Assembly: GCA_964372135.1 (NCBI GenBank)
Contig: CAYJPS010000002.1
Location: forward strand, 1,979 to 65,978
Reading direction: 5' to 3'
Source: an uncultured Treponemataceae bacterium
GTDB lineage: Bacteria; Spirochaetota; Spirochaetia; Treponematales; Treponemataceae
Length of the DNA: 64,000 bases
Part shown: positions 28,186 through 37,481 of the stretch, piece by piece
Layout: every line of letters starts with the position of its first letter
How positions within the stretch are numbered: position 1 is the stretch's first letter
Notes under the pieces: generated by a model
Told to the model about the DNA's origin: nothing
The model's database searches: none
Seen by the model: only the letters and a program-made list of their open reading frames with translations
Translations under genes and position numbers: made by a program

Positions 28186-28641
28186 ATGAGCCGATTTCAT
28201 TTATTATTTTCAGCCTGCTGCGCTGTATTTGTGTATGTTTGTATTTCAGTATTTGTTGGTCAAAACGGAATGTGGGCATACAGACAACTAGAAAGCCACA
28301 AGATTGTTTTGGCACAACATTTAATCTCATTACAAGAAGTAAATGAGCAATTAACCATTGATACTCACGCTCTCAGGCAAGATGAAGGAGTTTTAAGAGC
28401 ATATGCAAAGAAAATGGGATTTGTGAATGAGGGAGAGCGACTGTTGAAAATAAGTGGTTTTGCAGATACTCCGGCATTTGTCTACAATGCTGGATCAAAA
28501 ATTTTAAGTCCCGAAATTATATATGTGCCTGATTGGCTTGCTAAATGCATAGGCTTTTTTATATTTATTTGCATTAATGCAATTCAATCATTAGTTTATT
28601 TAAAAAAAAGTATAAAAGTATATGATAGTATCCAAGTCTAA
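28186..28641 (+). CDS. FtsB/DivIC-like septum formation initiator family protein
   Basis: N-terminal TM helix, a coiled coil (YRQLESHKIVLAQHLISLQEVNEQL), then the LRAYAKKMGFVNEGE motif typical of this family. Confidence 0.5.
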   Translation: MSRFHLLFSACCAVFVYVCISVFVGQNGMWAYRQLESHKIVLAQHLISLQEVNEQLTIDTHALRQDEGVLRAYAKKMGFVNEGERLLKISGFADTPAFVYNAGSKILSPEIIYVPDWLAKCIGFFIFICINAIQSLVYLKKSIKVYDSIQV

Positions 28642-29185
28642 TCCAGATAGCGAATTCATTGTTGCAAAAGCATTAAAAGAGCATCAAGTTGTAATTATTC
28701 CTACTGATACTGTTTATGGATTTTCTGGTATTGTACCTTTTTCTGATGCGGCAATTAGATCTATAAAGGGCAGAAGTGAAACAAAGCCGTTTATACAGCT
28801 AATATCAGATCCTAGCGAAATAGAAAAATATTCATCTACAAAAGTGCCTGATAACATACTGCAATATATGCCAGGACCTCTTACGGTCATTGTAAAAAAC
28901 AAACAAAACGACGGCACAACAGCATTTAGATGTCCAGATGATAATTGGCTTAGAAACCTAATCAAGCAATGCAACGCTCCCCTTTATTCTACTAGCACAA
29001 ATAGATCTGGTGAAAAAATTTTATTTGATGTAATGGAAATGGAAAAAGAGTTTGGTAAAGAAGTTTATTGCATTGTTGAAGATAACGCAACTATTAATAA
29101 AGAAAGTAGTCCTTCTACCATTGTTGATGTGAGTAGCGGTGAAATAGTTGTTGTTAGACAAGGCGCTCTTCGCCTAGAAGTTTAA
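28622..29185 (+). CDS. tsaC: L-threonylcarbamoyladenylate synthase, YrdC/TsaC type
   Basis: 187 aa with VVIIPTDTVYGF, KGRSETKPFIQLI, PGPLTVIV and STSTNRSGE motifs. Confidence 0.8.
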   Translation: MIVSKSNPDSEFIVAKALKEHQVVIIPTDTVYGFSGIVPFSDAAIRSIKGRSETKPFIQLISDPSEIEKYSSTKVPDNILQYMPGPLTVIVKNKQNDGTTAFRCPDDNWLRNLIKQCNAPLYSTSTNRSGEKILFDVMEMEKEFGKEVYCIVEDNATINKESSPSTIVDVSSGEIVVVRQGALRLEV

Positions 29186-29188
29186 AAC

Positions 29189-30073
29189 CTAGCGATACCA
29201 TTTTACAGGGATTTCTTCTTTTACTGCAACAGTCTGTCCGTTTGGATCTCTACCCTCTCCAAATGTATGCTTTACGCCAGTAAGTGAATTCTCATTATCA
29301 ATAGTAAGTTCCCATTCTATAAGACTACCATCCAAAGCTTTTACAAGCGCAACTTCTCTCGGAAGCTCTGGAAAAAACGATGCATTTGATTTACTTTCTT
29401 GCTTTGCAAAGAATGAATTGCCATCTACACTGACACTAATGTTCATGCTTGCTCCATTTTCAAATATTACAAAGCCCTTTCCACCTCTCAGAATTACGAT
29501 TTTATCTATATGTTCTTCTCCATACCAAGTGCCAAACAGATTTGCTATGGTAACAGATCCCACATCTTCCTCGCTCGATGAAGTACTTTGTGCATATTCT
29601 TCGGGTTTATCGGTGTTTGATTCATATTTTTGAAGCAAGTCATTTAAAGTGTCTTTTGCATCGATAAGAATTCTATAATACTCATTATATTTATACTCAA
29701 CCTGAACTTCTTCATTTGATAAAAAATCAATGAGATGCAAACTTGTAAGCCACATGCTGTCATCTTCTACTATTTTATTATAAAAAACTATATCATCGCT
29801 TTCTTTATGTTCTTCAAGCACTTCTTGTGTATAGACCGTTGAGCGCATATCGTGGAGATTAAATGAATTGCTCAACTGAAACTGTGAATAAAAAAGATCT
29901 GCTGAAACCTTAAATTTTGATGCATCACTTGAGGCTATTGAAGAGCCATAAACATAAAGGTCTCTTTTTTCGCTTGACGTCTCTTGCGAAAAAGCAGTAT
30001 GCATTAATGAGAAAAAAAGAATTGTTAACACTGCAAGATGCATTGTAGCACCTGTGCAGTTTTTAATATTCAT
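29189..30073 (-). CDS. secreted hypothetical protein
   Basis: Signal peptide MHLAVLTILFFSLMHTAFSQE (alternative start at 30043). The ATG lies 1 nt after the smpB stop. Confidence 0.5.
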   Translation of the reverse strand: MNIKNCTGATMHLAVLTILFFSLMHTAFSQETSSEKRDLYVYGSSIASSDASKFKVSADLFYSQFQLSNSFNLHDMRSTVYTQEVLEEHKESDDIVFYNKIVEDDSMWLTSLHLIDFLSNEEVQVEYKYNEYYRILIDAKDTLNDLLQKYESNTDKPEEYAQSTSSSEEDVGSVTIANLFGTWYGEEHIDKIVILRGGKGFVIFENGASMNISVSVDGNSFFAKQESKSNASFFPELPREVALVKALDGSLIEWELTIDNENSLTGVKHTFGEGRDPNGQTVAVKEEIPVKWYR

Positions 30074-30074
30074 G

Positions 30075-30545
30075 TTATCTGTCTTGCAACCCCTTGCGAA
30101 ATTCTCGTTGCATATCGAGTTTCACATCGCGATCTCGAATATCAGATCTTTTATCGTAGCTTTTTTTACCACGGCACAAGCCTAACGTAACTTTAACTCT
30201 TCCATTTTTTAGATAAAAATCAAGCGGAATAAGGGTAAAACCTTTTTCATCTACCTTTCTTTTAAGTCTCTTTATTTCATCGGAATGAAGCAAAAGTTTT
30301 TTATGACGCTCTGGCGAGTGATTAAAAATTGATGAAAAAACATACTCAGAAATATGCCAATTCTTAACCCACACTTCACCATTTATAATCTCAGCAAATG
30401 CATCAGGAAAAGACATATTTCCAGCCTTAACCGACTTCACCTCGGTTCCTTTTAATTCAACACCACATTCAATAGTATCATCAATTGTATAATTAAAGCG
30501 TGCTTTTCTATTTTGTGCAATGGTCTTCACTTTGCCGATACTCAT
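30075..30545 (-). CDS. smpB: SsrA-binding protein
   Basis: 156 aa with IAQNRKARFNY, LKGTEVKS, KKLLLHSDEI and a basic C-terminal tail. Confidence 0.95.
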   Translation of the reverse strand: MSIGKVKTIAQNRKARFNYTIDDTIECGVELKGTEVKSVKAGNMSFPDAFAEIINGEVWVKNWHISEYVFSSIFNHSPERHKKLLLHSDEIKRLKRKVDEKGFTLIPLDFYLKNGRVKVTLGLCRGKKSYDKRSDIRDRDVKLDMQREFRKGLQDR

Positions 30546-30551
30546 ACGTAT

Positions 30552-30580
30552 AGTATACGATAAGTTTTAAAAACGCTCAA
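30552..30580 (-). promoter_or_regulatory. sigma70-type promoter, leaderless smpB
   Basis: Minus strand TTGAGC (30575-30580), 17 nt, TATACT (30552-30557), 6 nt, ATG (30545). No SD. Confidence 0.6.
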
Positions 30581-30666
30581 GAGGTAAAGTGATAATAATT
30601 AAAATAAATAAAAGCTAAAAAAGTGTATAACAAAGTCATTTTTTGTATGAGTAAAAATTAAAACTG

Positions 30667-31299
30667 TTATTGGGAGTAATGAAGATCAATAATTAGCTGC
30701 ACTTCGCTAATACTTTTGCCAAGTTTATTTGCAATATGCTCGCTTGATAAACCATTTTCAACCATTTGCAAGACTTTTTCCTTAAATGACACTTGTGGCA
30801 GTGGCGAGTCTTCTACGTGCACAATAGTAGGCATATCTACTTGATTGCCCCCATCACTTTCTTTGCTATCAACTTTATACGAATCAAAATCTATAGACAA
30901 TTGTACGGCTTGAGAATGGTCACCTTCATCTGATACCTGACTCATTTTTTGGTACATTTGCGCAGCTTTTTGTTTTGGCTTTATTTCTGTTCTTGTGGAT
31001 AAGCGATCCAATACTTCTTTTTCACGTATTTTACCTGCTTCCTGACCCTGCATGAGAAGAAGTCTTCTATCTGCTTCTTCAATCAGCGATCTTAAGCTTT
31101 TAGCCCTTTCTTCCATCAATGTAACATCATCTAGTGCTGTTTTATTTATCTCAATTAGAAGTTTATCAACCTCATTTTTTATATCAGTAAGTAATGCTTG
31201 GGGTGAAAAAGTACGTCGCAACCGAAGAAAGAATACAATCCACAAAGCAAGATTTATAAGAGTAATTATTATTAGTAGAACAACTTCACCTGATATCAT
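30667..31299 (-). CDS. membrane-anchored coiled-coil protein with a C-terminal HTH-like segment, last gene of the flagellar cluster
   Basis: N-terminal TM helix (VVLLIIITLINLALWIVFFL), a coiled coil, and C-terminal VENGLSSEHIANKLGKSISEVQLIIDL. Confidence 0.5.
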   Translation of the reverse strand: MISGEVVLLIIITLINLALWIVFFLRLRRTFSPQALLTDIKNEVDKLLIEINKTALDDVTLMEERAKSLRSLIEEADRRLLLMQGQEAGKIREKEVLDRLSTRTEIKPKQKAAQMYQKMSQVSDEGDHSQAVQLSIDFDSYKVDSKESDGGNQVDMPTIVHVEDSPLPQVSFKEKVLQMVENGLSSEHIANKLGKSISEVQLIIDLHYSQ

Positions 31300-31304
31300 G
31301 TAAA

Positions 31305-31631
31305 CTACCCTGATATATCGATGTGCTGGCCGAGGTGAGGGTCCGTAATAACTTGAAACACGTCTTCTTTTGGGTCATCCTTTTTTTCTTCACGCTCCCT
31401 TGCTGTATCACTTTCACTTTCGCCATTTTTTCTATCTTTGACATTCATTGGACCTTCATCATCCATATCAGTTTTTTCAACAGTAGTTGACTTTTCTTGT
31501 AGTCTCTTTGTAAGTTCTTCTTGTTGTATAGCACCTTGCAATTGCATCGCTTGCTGCTTTTGTGCCGTTATCTTGGAAACTTTTTCTAGAGAAGTATAGA
31601 TTGTTTGTAAATCAATTGGTTGAATAGCCAT
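31305..31631 (-). CDS. small conserved-looking hypothetical protein in the flagellar cluster
   Basis: I chose the start at ATG 31631 (MAIQPIDLQTIYTSLEKVSKI...). It is glutamine-rich and then acidic. It overlaps the end of the FapA-like gene by 20 nt, and the start is uncertain. Confidence 0.4.
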   Translation of the reverse strand: MAIQPIDLQTIYTSLEKVSKITAQKQQAMQLQGAIQQEELTKRLQEKSTTVEKTDMDDEGPMNVKDRKNGESESDTAREREEKKDDPKEDVFQVITDPHLGQHIDISG

Positions 31632-33585
31632 CAGGTACTCGTGCTTCGTCTTCGGCTTGTGCAGCCTCATATTTTCCGTATCGAATAAAACCATCTTCAT
31701 AGAAGAAGGTTACCGCTTTTGTTTCATTTCTTATTTCTTCTTTGACGTCACGAATATTTATTTTAACACCTGAATAAACAGCTCCTGATGCAGATACTGT
31801 TCCAACGATTTTTAGTTCGCGTAAATGATCTTGCAATTCCTGAATTTCAGCAGACATTTGGTCTACTTCAGAGTGAATCTCTTCTTTTCTATTCATGAGC
31901 GTACCCAAGTTTTCTTCTTTTTCAGGTGGAAGCGTTTTACGAATTTTCTTTTGTTGTTCAAGGGTCTGAATGTCAAGTTCGAGTTCGTTAAGTTCTTTTA
32001 TCAATGTTGCTTGCTTTTCTGTTAACTCATCAAGGCGTTTTTTCGCTTTAGGATCATAACCTACTGACAAAATTGTTTCACTAGCACCAGCACTATTACC
32101 TATTGTCTTTGCTCTAATTTCTTCTGTAGCAAAGGAATGCCCACCAATAATACTTGCCCGCTTTCCTTGAACTAATATTTTTTTATTACTGGTTACATTC
32201 GAATTAATAATACCATCCCTAACAACTATAAAACCTTCTGCATCTACGGTTGCGTTTTGAATAAATTTCGCCCACATAGAACCACCAGCTCGTATGTACC
32301 CCTGATCTTTACCCATAACACCCAAAGACACAACAATATCACCATCTGCTTCAAGTACACTGTTCTCAACGGTTCCATATACTTCAATGTTTCCAGAAGC
32401 TTTTACTTGGAATCCATCTTCAACATTACCCTTAATTATAACGGTACCGAGGAATGTAATATTTCCTGTTTTAATATTTACACCGTCGACTTCCATAATT
32501 GGTTCAACGTTTATTTTATCATTAACAAGCAATACTTGCCCATTTACCGTTGCTCTTATCGTTCTTCCATCTGCATCAACTGAAACATTTTTTCCTAACG
32601 GCAATGAAATATCTTTACCATTTTTTGCTTCTAAGAATCGTCCTAACAATGTATGCCCAGGTTTTCCTCTTTCTGGAAGCATTTTTTGTGCTAGCGCTTG
32701 GCCTTCTACAACATTTTGAATAAGATTAAGCTCTTTAAAATCTACTTGGCCAGAATCTGATTCTTTCATATGAAGATTGGATTTATCTGTTTCAAAATTA
32801 TATGCAATATATGCATCTCGCCCATCAACAGGTTCAAGTCCTTCTGCAACAACATATGGCACACCATATACAGGGTTATCAATATATTCTAGAATTTTAT
32901 CATGCTCAAAGTCATTGGCGATGCCTTGACTTCGAAGTACTTGCTCAATTCTTTGAGCTGAAATATCTGCACCACCAATGGCAGGGGCAGTTGCAACAAT
33001 ACTTGCTCGCATTTCATCTGGAGATAAATCAATGTAGAATGTAGCATCCCCTGATTGATTATGAGTATATTGCCCCACAGGCTCATACTCGCCATTTGTA
33101 GTATTTTTTGCATATTCTTTAACAAGATTTTGGTCAACAGATATTGTATCACTTCGTTGGAGACCTTCTAAAATCATCTTAGGATCTACAGGAAGTCCTG
33201 AACCAATAGGTGCAATAACCTTAATGTGCAACTCAGATCCAAATCTATGTATGTAGAATACACCATCAACATTTTTAATTTGTGCTACATTGTCTATATC
33301 ATCATTTTCTAATTGGCCATCGCCAGTATTCTTTCTTCCTTTTTTTGCATGCGATTCATTTTCATACACACGCAATGACCACGGCTTTTTCATTAAAGAC
33401 ATAAAGCCTTTATACCCTTGTTCTAGTACTTCATATTCAAGCACAGAAACGCGGGATTCTAATTGTATGGCAGCATCGGCTAAAGCTTCTTCTATAGAAT
33501 CTGCGTGAATATCCACATACCGAATATTCCTATCTTTTTCAAATTGAGATTCCATATCAGCACGTAGCTTTTCTAGTGTTACCAA
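31612..33585 (-). CDS. FapA-family (DUF342) flagellar-assembly-associated protein
   Basis: 657 aa. The central region has repetitive beta-helix-like segments (GNITFLGTVIIKGNVEDGFQVKASGNIEVYGTVENSVLEADGDIVV...), followed by a C-terminal coiled coil. TTG start with GGAGGA 5 nt upstream. It lies directly downstream of fliA. Confidence 0.6.
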   Translation of the reverse strand: MVTLEKLRADMESQFEKDRNIRYVDIHADSIEEALADAAIQLESRVSVLEYEVLEQGYKGFMSLMKKPWSLRVYENESHAKKGRKNTGDGQLENDDIDNVAQIKNVDGVFYIHRFGSELHIKVIAPIGSGLPVDPKMILEGLQRSDTISVDQNLVKEYAKNTTNGEYEPVGQYTHNQSGDATFYIDLSPDEMRASIVATAPAIGGADISAQRIEQVLRSQGIANDFEHDKILEYIDNPVYGVPYVVAEGLEPVDGRDAYIAYNFETDKSNLHMKESDSGQVDFKELNLIQNVVEGQALAQKMLPERGKPGHTLLGRFLEAKNGKDISLPLGKNVSVDADGRTIRATVNGQVLLVNDKINVEPIMEVDGVNIKTGNITFLGTVIIKGNVEDGFQVKASGNIEVYGTVENSVLEADGDIVVSLGVMGKDQGYIRAGGSMWAKFIQNATVDAEGFIVVRDGIINSNVTSNKKILVQGKRASIIGGHSFATEEIRAKTIGNSAGASETILSVGYDPKAKKRLDELTEKQATLIKELNELELDIQTLEQQKKIRKTLPPEKEENLGTLMNRKEEIHSEVDQMSAEIQELQDHLRELKIVGTVSASGAVYSGVKINIRDVKEEIRNETKAVTFFYEDGFIRYGKYEAAQAEDEARVPDGYSTN

Positions 33586-33600
33586 CCTTTTCCTCCGCTC

Positions 33601-34389
33601 CTACATAATGCCTTTGCGAACATTTGTTAATTTTGCTCTAAGCCTCATATTTGCCTTTGTATGCAATTGGGAAATTCTTGATTCACTTACTTGCAATACT
33701 TGGCCAATTTCTTTAAATGTTAAATCTTCATGGTAATACAAAACTAGTACCATTTTTTCTTTTTCTGGAAGCTCGTTAATTGCCTCCATTATTACACGTT
33801 TTACTTCCTCACGCTCAACAATAACATCAGGATTTAAGCTAGAAGGGGATTCTATGCTGTCTCCAATAGACATTCTATCAGATGATTCACCAGAATACCA
33901 AACATCATTTAATGACAATACGCTTGTTCCTGATACTTTTAATACAGTATTATTAAAACTTTCAAGGCTTAGTCCCATAGCTGCCGCTATTTCTTCATCT
34001 GCAGCAGGTCGTCCAAGCCTCGCTTCAAGTTCAACAATTGTATCCTCGATTTCTCTCGACTTTTGACGCACAGAGCGAGGAACCCAATCCAATTGACGCA
34101 GTTCATCAAAAATTGCTCCACGAATACGAGTTACTGCATATGTCTTAAACTTTACCTTTTTATCTGGATCAAATTTATTTATTGCATCCAAAAGTCCAAA
34201 TTGTCCGAATCCTACCAAATCATCAAATTCAACACTACTTGGCATATTGACAGCAACTTTCCCAGCCACATATTTAACCAAAGGCATGTATTGGCGTATA
34301 AAAGCATCACGCAATTGCGTTGACTTCGACTTTCGAAATTCTATCCAGAGTTCTTCTTCTGTTTTTTGCTCGTAGAGCGACGTTACCAT
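33601..34389 (-). CDS. fliA: flagellar RNA polymerase sigma factor (sigma-28 / FliA-WhiG family)
   Basis: Sigma-70 family regions 2, 3 and 4 (FIRQYMPLVKYVA, FDDLVGFGQFGLLDAINKFD, FKTYAVTRIRGAI, LTFKEIGQVLQVSESRISQLHTKA). The ATG at 34389 is preceded by AAGGTG. Confidence 0.9.
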   Translation of the reverse strand: MVTSLYEQKTEEELWIEFRKSKSTQLRDAFIRQYMPLVKYVAGKVAVNMPSSVEFDDLVGFGQFGLLDAINKFDPDKKVKFKTYAVTRIRGAIFDELRQLDWVPRSVRQKSREIEDTIVELEARLGRPAADEEIAAAMGLSLESFNNTVLKVSGTSVLSLNDVWYSGESSDRMSIGDSIESPSSLNPDVIVEREEVKRVIMEAINELPEKEKMVLVLYYHEDLTFKEIGQVLQVSESRISQLHTKANMRLRAKLTNVRKGIM

Positions 34390-34418
34390 TTTTAACACCT
34401 TTTTTATTTATAAAACAA

Positions 34419-35210
34419 TTACGTATCTTTTGCCATAGCTGTTCTAATAGCCGCAGCTATATCCTTTGCATCTCCCATTTCAGAAACCGCAACGGGCTCC
34501 GCACTTGGCCGGGTTGCGCCTGTTTCAGCAAAAACTGAATCCTGTATTACGTCATCAGAGTTGCCAACATCGGCTTCACTTTCATCGACTCCTAAGCTTT
34601 CTATATCTGGAAGCTCTCCAAGTTCGGAATCGCCTTCTTCTCCTAACACCTCAGCACTTACATTATAACTAGAAGGGGTGCTATGCTGAGCTACACTACT
34701 TCCTGTATTTTCATTCGGTCCACTTGACCCCGAAATCATTGTCTCTGGTTCAACTTCCTCTAGTTCTTCTACAGCTTCTGCATCTTCAATAGAGCTCTGT
34801 GTCATTGATGCCAATGAACTATTTTGAAATGCTGCTGGTGTATCTACGTCAACTTGATTCTCAATTGAAGATTCTTGTTGGGAATTTGCATTCGGAGGTG
34901 GTGTATAGTCAGCAACATTAAAAGAAGGAGCAGTAGCACTATCGGGCAATTCGTCTTCAACCACAATGTCAACAGAATTAGCCGATTCTTCAGTCTTTTG
35001 TTCAGAAGACTCTGAATCTGAACTCTCTACACCTGCAAGAAAGTGGTTGTAAACTGTTATAGCACCAAAATACAATAACACAAAAACCCCACCAGAAAGT
35101 ATTGCACGTAAAAGAATAACCCCAAAACTAACTTGACCAACAATTCCGGCTAAAAAAGATAAGAGAAAGCCCATGAAAAAAATAATTGATATAGTTTTTA
35201 GGTTAAACAT
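34419..35210 (-). CDS. membrane protein with an acidic Ser/Glu-rich tail, hypothetical
   Basis: Start at ATG 35210 (AGGGGGG upstream). Two TM helices are followed by a low-complexity acidic region. Confidence 0.5.
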   Translation of the reverse strand: MFNLKTISIIFFMGFLLSFLAGIVGQVSFGVILLRAILSGGVFVLLYFGAITVYNHFLAGVESSDSESSEQKTEESANSVDIVVEDELPDSATAPSFNVADYTPPPNANSQQESSIENQVDVDTPAAFQNSSLASMTQSSIEDAEAVEELEEVEPETMISGSSGPNENTGSSVAQHSTPSSYNVSAEVLGEEGDSELGELPDIESLGVDESEADVGNSDDVIQDSVFAETGATRPSAEPVAVSEMGDAKDIAAAIRTAMAKDT

Positions 35211-35300
35211 ATCCCCCCTATAAAAGCAACCTTCTAACACCGTATATATACACTATTAATATGAATACATACATACTTTGTATTAATGGCCTATTATTCT

Positions 35301-35329
35301 TTTATACTCCTTCTATTAGATTACGTCAA
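35301..35329 (-). promoter_or_regulatory. possible internal sigma70-type promoter ahead of the hyp-fliA-FapA sub-operon
   Basis: Minus strand TTGACG (35324-35329), 17 nt, TATAAA (35301-35306). A second TTGACG-17-TAATCT lies just upstream. Confidence 0.4.
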
Positions 35330-35363
35330 AAACCGCAAAACGTCAAGCTCTAATTTCGTGCAT

Positions 35364-36254
35364 TTACCATTTTTGCTTGAATTTTCTGAAAAAGCGCCCA
35401 AAGCCTTCTTCAGCATTTAAATCCGTTTTTTCTATCCTTCCTACTATGTGTTTTATACACATAGAACACTTTGCATTTGGTTGCGATACAATAAAAGGCT
35501 TTTGGCGCAAAACAGAAGCCGATACCGCAGCATCATCATAAATAAATCCTAAATATTCAATCTCATAGTTTAAAAACTGTTGTGCAATAGAAATAATTTG
35601 TTCTGCAACTCTTTTTCCTTCCGAAGCTGAATGTACTCTATTTACCAAAAGTTTTAAATTTGGTCGATTATCAATCATTTCAGTTGCAATAATTTTAATA
35701 ATTCCATAAGCATCAGTGATTGAAGTTGGTTCTGGCGTAGTTAGCACGTAGATTTCATCTGCAGCTGCAAGCAAGCCTAATACACTTTGAGCTATACCAG
35801 CGCCAGTATCAATAATAATAATGTCAGCGCTGGAAAGTTGCATAAATTCATCAGAAAAACTGGCCAATTCAGCTTCGTTCAAATTGGCTATTCGGGAAAA
35901 GCCATTAGCCCCAGGAACAAATTGAAACCCATACTCTGTATCACAAACGATATCTTTCATTTTATATCGATTATTCATAACATCTAAGAGGTTTGCCTTT
36001 GGAGCTGTTCCTATTAAAATATTGACGTTAGCCATTCCTAAATCACCATCAATAAGAATAACCTTTTTTCCTGCTTGGGAATACGCTATAGCCATGTTAA
36101 CAGAAAGGTTCGTTTTTCCAACACCACCTTTACCACTTGTAACTGCTATAATTCGAGTTTTGTGATTATCAACAGCACTGGTTGGACGATACATGTCTTG
36201 TCTCTCCAATCTCTGCTGCATTAGGTCACGTAATTCAGATGCTTGATCTTCCAT
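35364..36254 (-). CDS. flhG: MinD/ParA-type ATPase FlhG (YlxH/FleN)
   Basis: Deviant Walker A VTSGKGGVGKTNLSVNMA and IIIDTGAG. It lies directly downstream of flhF. Confidence 0.85.
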   Translation of the reverse strand: MEDQASELRDLMQQRLERQDMYRPTSAVDNHKTRIIAVTSGKGGVGKTNLSVNMAIAYSQAGKKVILIDGDLGMANVNILIGTAPKANLLDVMNNRYKMKDIVCDTEYGFQFVPGANGFSRIANLNEAELASFSDEFMQLSSADIIIIDTGAGIAQSVLGLLAAADEIYVLTTPEPTSITDAYGIIKIIATEMIDNRPNLKLLVNRVHSASEGKRVAEQIISIAQQFLNYEIEYLGFIYDDAAVSASVLRQKPFIVSQPNAKCSMCIKHIVGRIEKTDLNAEEGFGRFFRKFKQKW

Positions 36255-36257
36255 AAA

Positions 36258-37481
36258 CTACCCTATCTTATCCTGAATAAATTTTTCATCTATATGATTC
36301 CTGTCTACAATAAACCCTGTTAAATTTGTTAAAAACGAAACTTCGTCTGCTTTTTTGAAATTGCGCGGAACTTTTTGTCCATCAGTAATATATGATACAG
36401 ATTTTTGCTTTTCATCTAAAACACTAATTACGGTACCCATTGTGTCAGTTTCATCCAACTTTGTAACGATAACGGAGTCGTATCCAAATGTCTCATACTG
36501 TTGCAAAATTGTTCTAAGATCATTAGCTTTTGTTGGCGCAGAAACAGTTAAAAATGTTTTTAACTTGTGTGCTTTTAAATCTAACTTTGTTCGCAATTTT
36601 GCTAAACTATCATAATCTTTAGGACTATGACCTGCTGTATCTATCAGTATTACATCAACATCCCTACCATACAGCGTTAACAAATTTTGTAAATCCTCTA
36701 TTGAATCTGCATATTCAACAGGAATCCCCATATGCAAGCCATAGGTTTCCAGTTGTTCTTTTGCTTGAACTCTAACATTATCAATTGTAATGAGGCGAAT
36801 ACTTAAACCTTTTGGAACACCGACATTCCCAATACCACTAAAATACGCTGCAAGCTTTGCTATGGTAGTTGTTTTACCAATACCAGTTGGGCCAACAAGT
36901 ACAATGATTTCTGGTCGCTCAGTTGTGGAAATATCTGTAATCTGAATTGATTCCCCTATCCAGTCAATTACCGTTTTTTGAATTAAGTCGAAGTCTTCTA
37001 AATCATCAATAGAAAATTCTTTTTTAATTCGTTCCGTAATTTTTTTAATATACTCAGGAGTAAAATCATTCCCCTCTAGCAATTGCTTAATTTTCACGAT
37101 TGAAGCTGGTTCATCTTGCTGATGCATATATACGTTATCAGTAATATGACTTCGTAGCTCTTGTATTTCATCCAAAATAAGCTTCATTTGTGGACTTTGA
37201 ACATTTTGATTTGCCTCAAGAATTTTAGTTCTTTCTTCGTTAAAATCCATTGGCTGCGTAGTTGGCAAGCCTTGAAATGGGCGTTTTTGTTCTGTTAATA
37301 AGGGTACGTACCAAACTGTGCATTGCTTTCGCTTAATAGGTCCGAAAATCTTTTCATACGACTCTTGTTTTCGAACTATTTTATAGTGCTCTCCGTAAAG
37401 CTCTTTTATTCGCTTTCTGCATGCTTCTTCTGTGTCTGCAATTATTTGAATAGGTTTTTGTGTAAATGCATCAGTTACCAA
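36258..37481 (-). CDS. flhF: flagellar biosynthesis SRP-type GTPase FlhF
   Basis: GPTGIGKTTTIAKLAA, DTAGHSP and TKLDET G-motifs. It overlaps the flhA stop. Confidence 0.9.
   Translation of the reverse strand: MVTDAFTQKPIQIIADTEEACRKRIKELYGEHYKIVRKQESYEKIFGPIKRKQCTVWYVPLLTEQKRPFQGLPTTQPMDFNEERTKILEANQNVQSPQMKLILDEIQELRSHITDNVYMHQQDEPASIVKIKQLLEGNDFTPEYIKKITERIKKEFSIDDLEDFDLIQKTVIDWIGESIQITDISTTERPEIIVLVGPTGIGKTTTIAKLAAYFSGIGNVGVPKGLSIRLITIDNVRVQAKEQLETYGLHMGIPVEYADSIEDLQNLLTLYGRDVDVILIDTAGHSPKDYDSLAKLRTKLDLKAHKLKTFLTVSAPTKANDLRTILQQYETFGYDSVIVTKLDETDTMGTVISVLDEKQKSVSYITDGQKVPRNFKKADEVSFLTNLTGFIVDRNHIDEKFIQDKIG

Noticed and set aside
28155-28188. An eighth leaderless candidate: the FtsB-like gene, TTCAAG-17-GAAAAT-7-ATG.
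   Set aside because: The -10 is poor and the spacing is off by one, so it is too weak to count alongside the seven clean cases.
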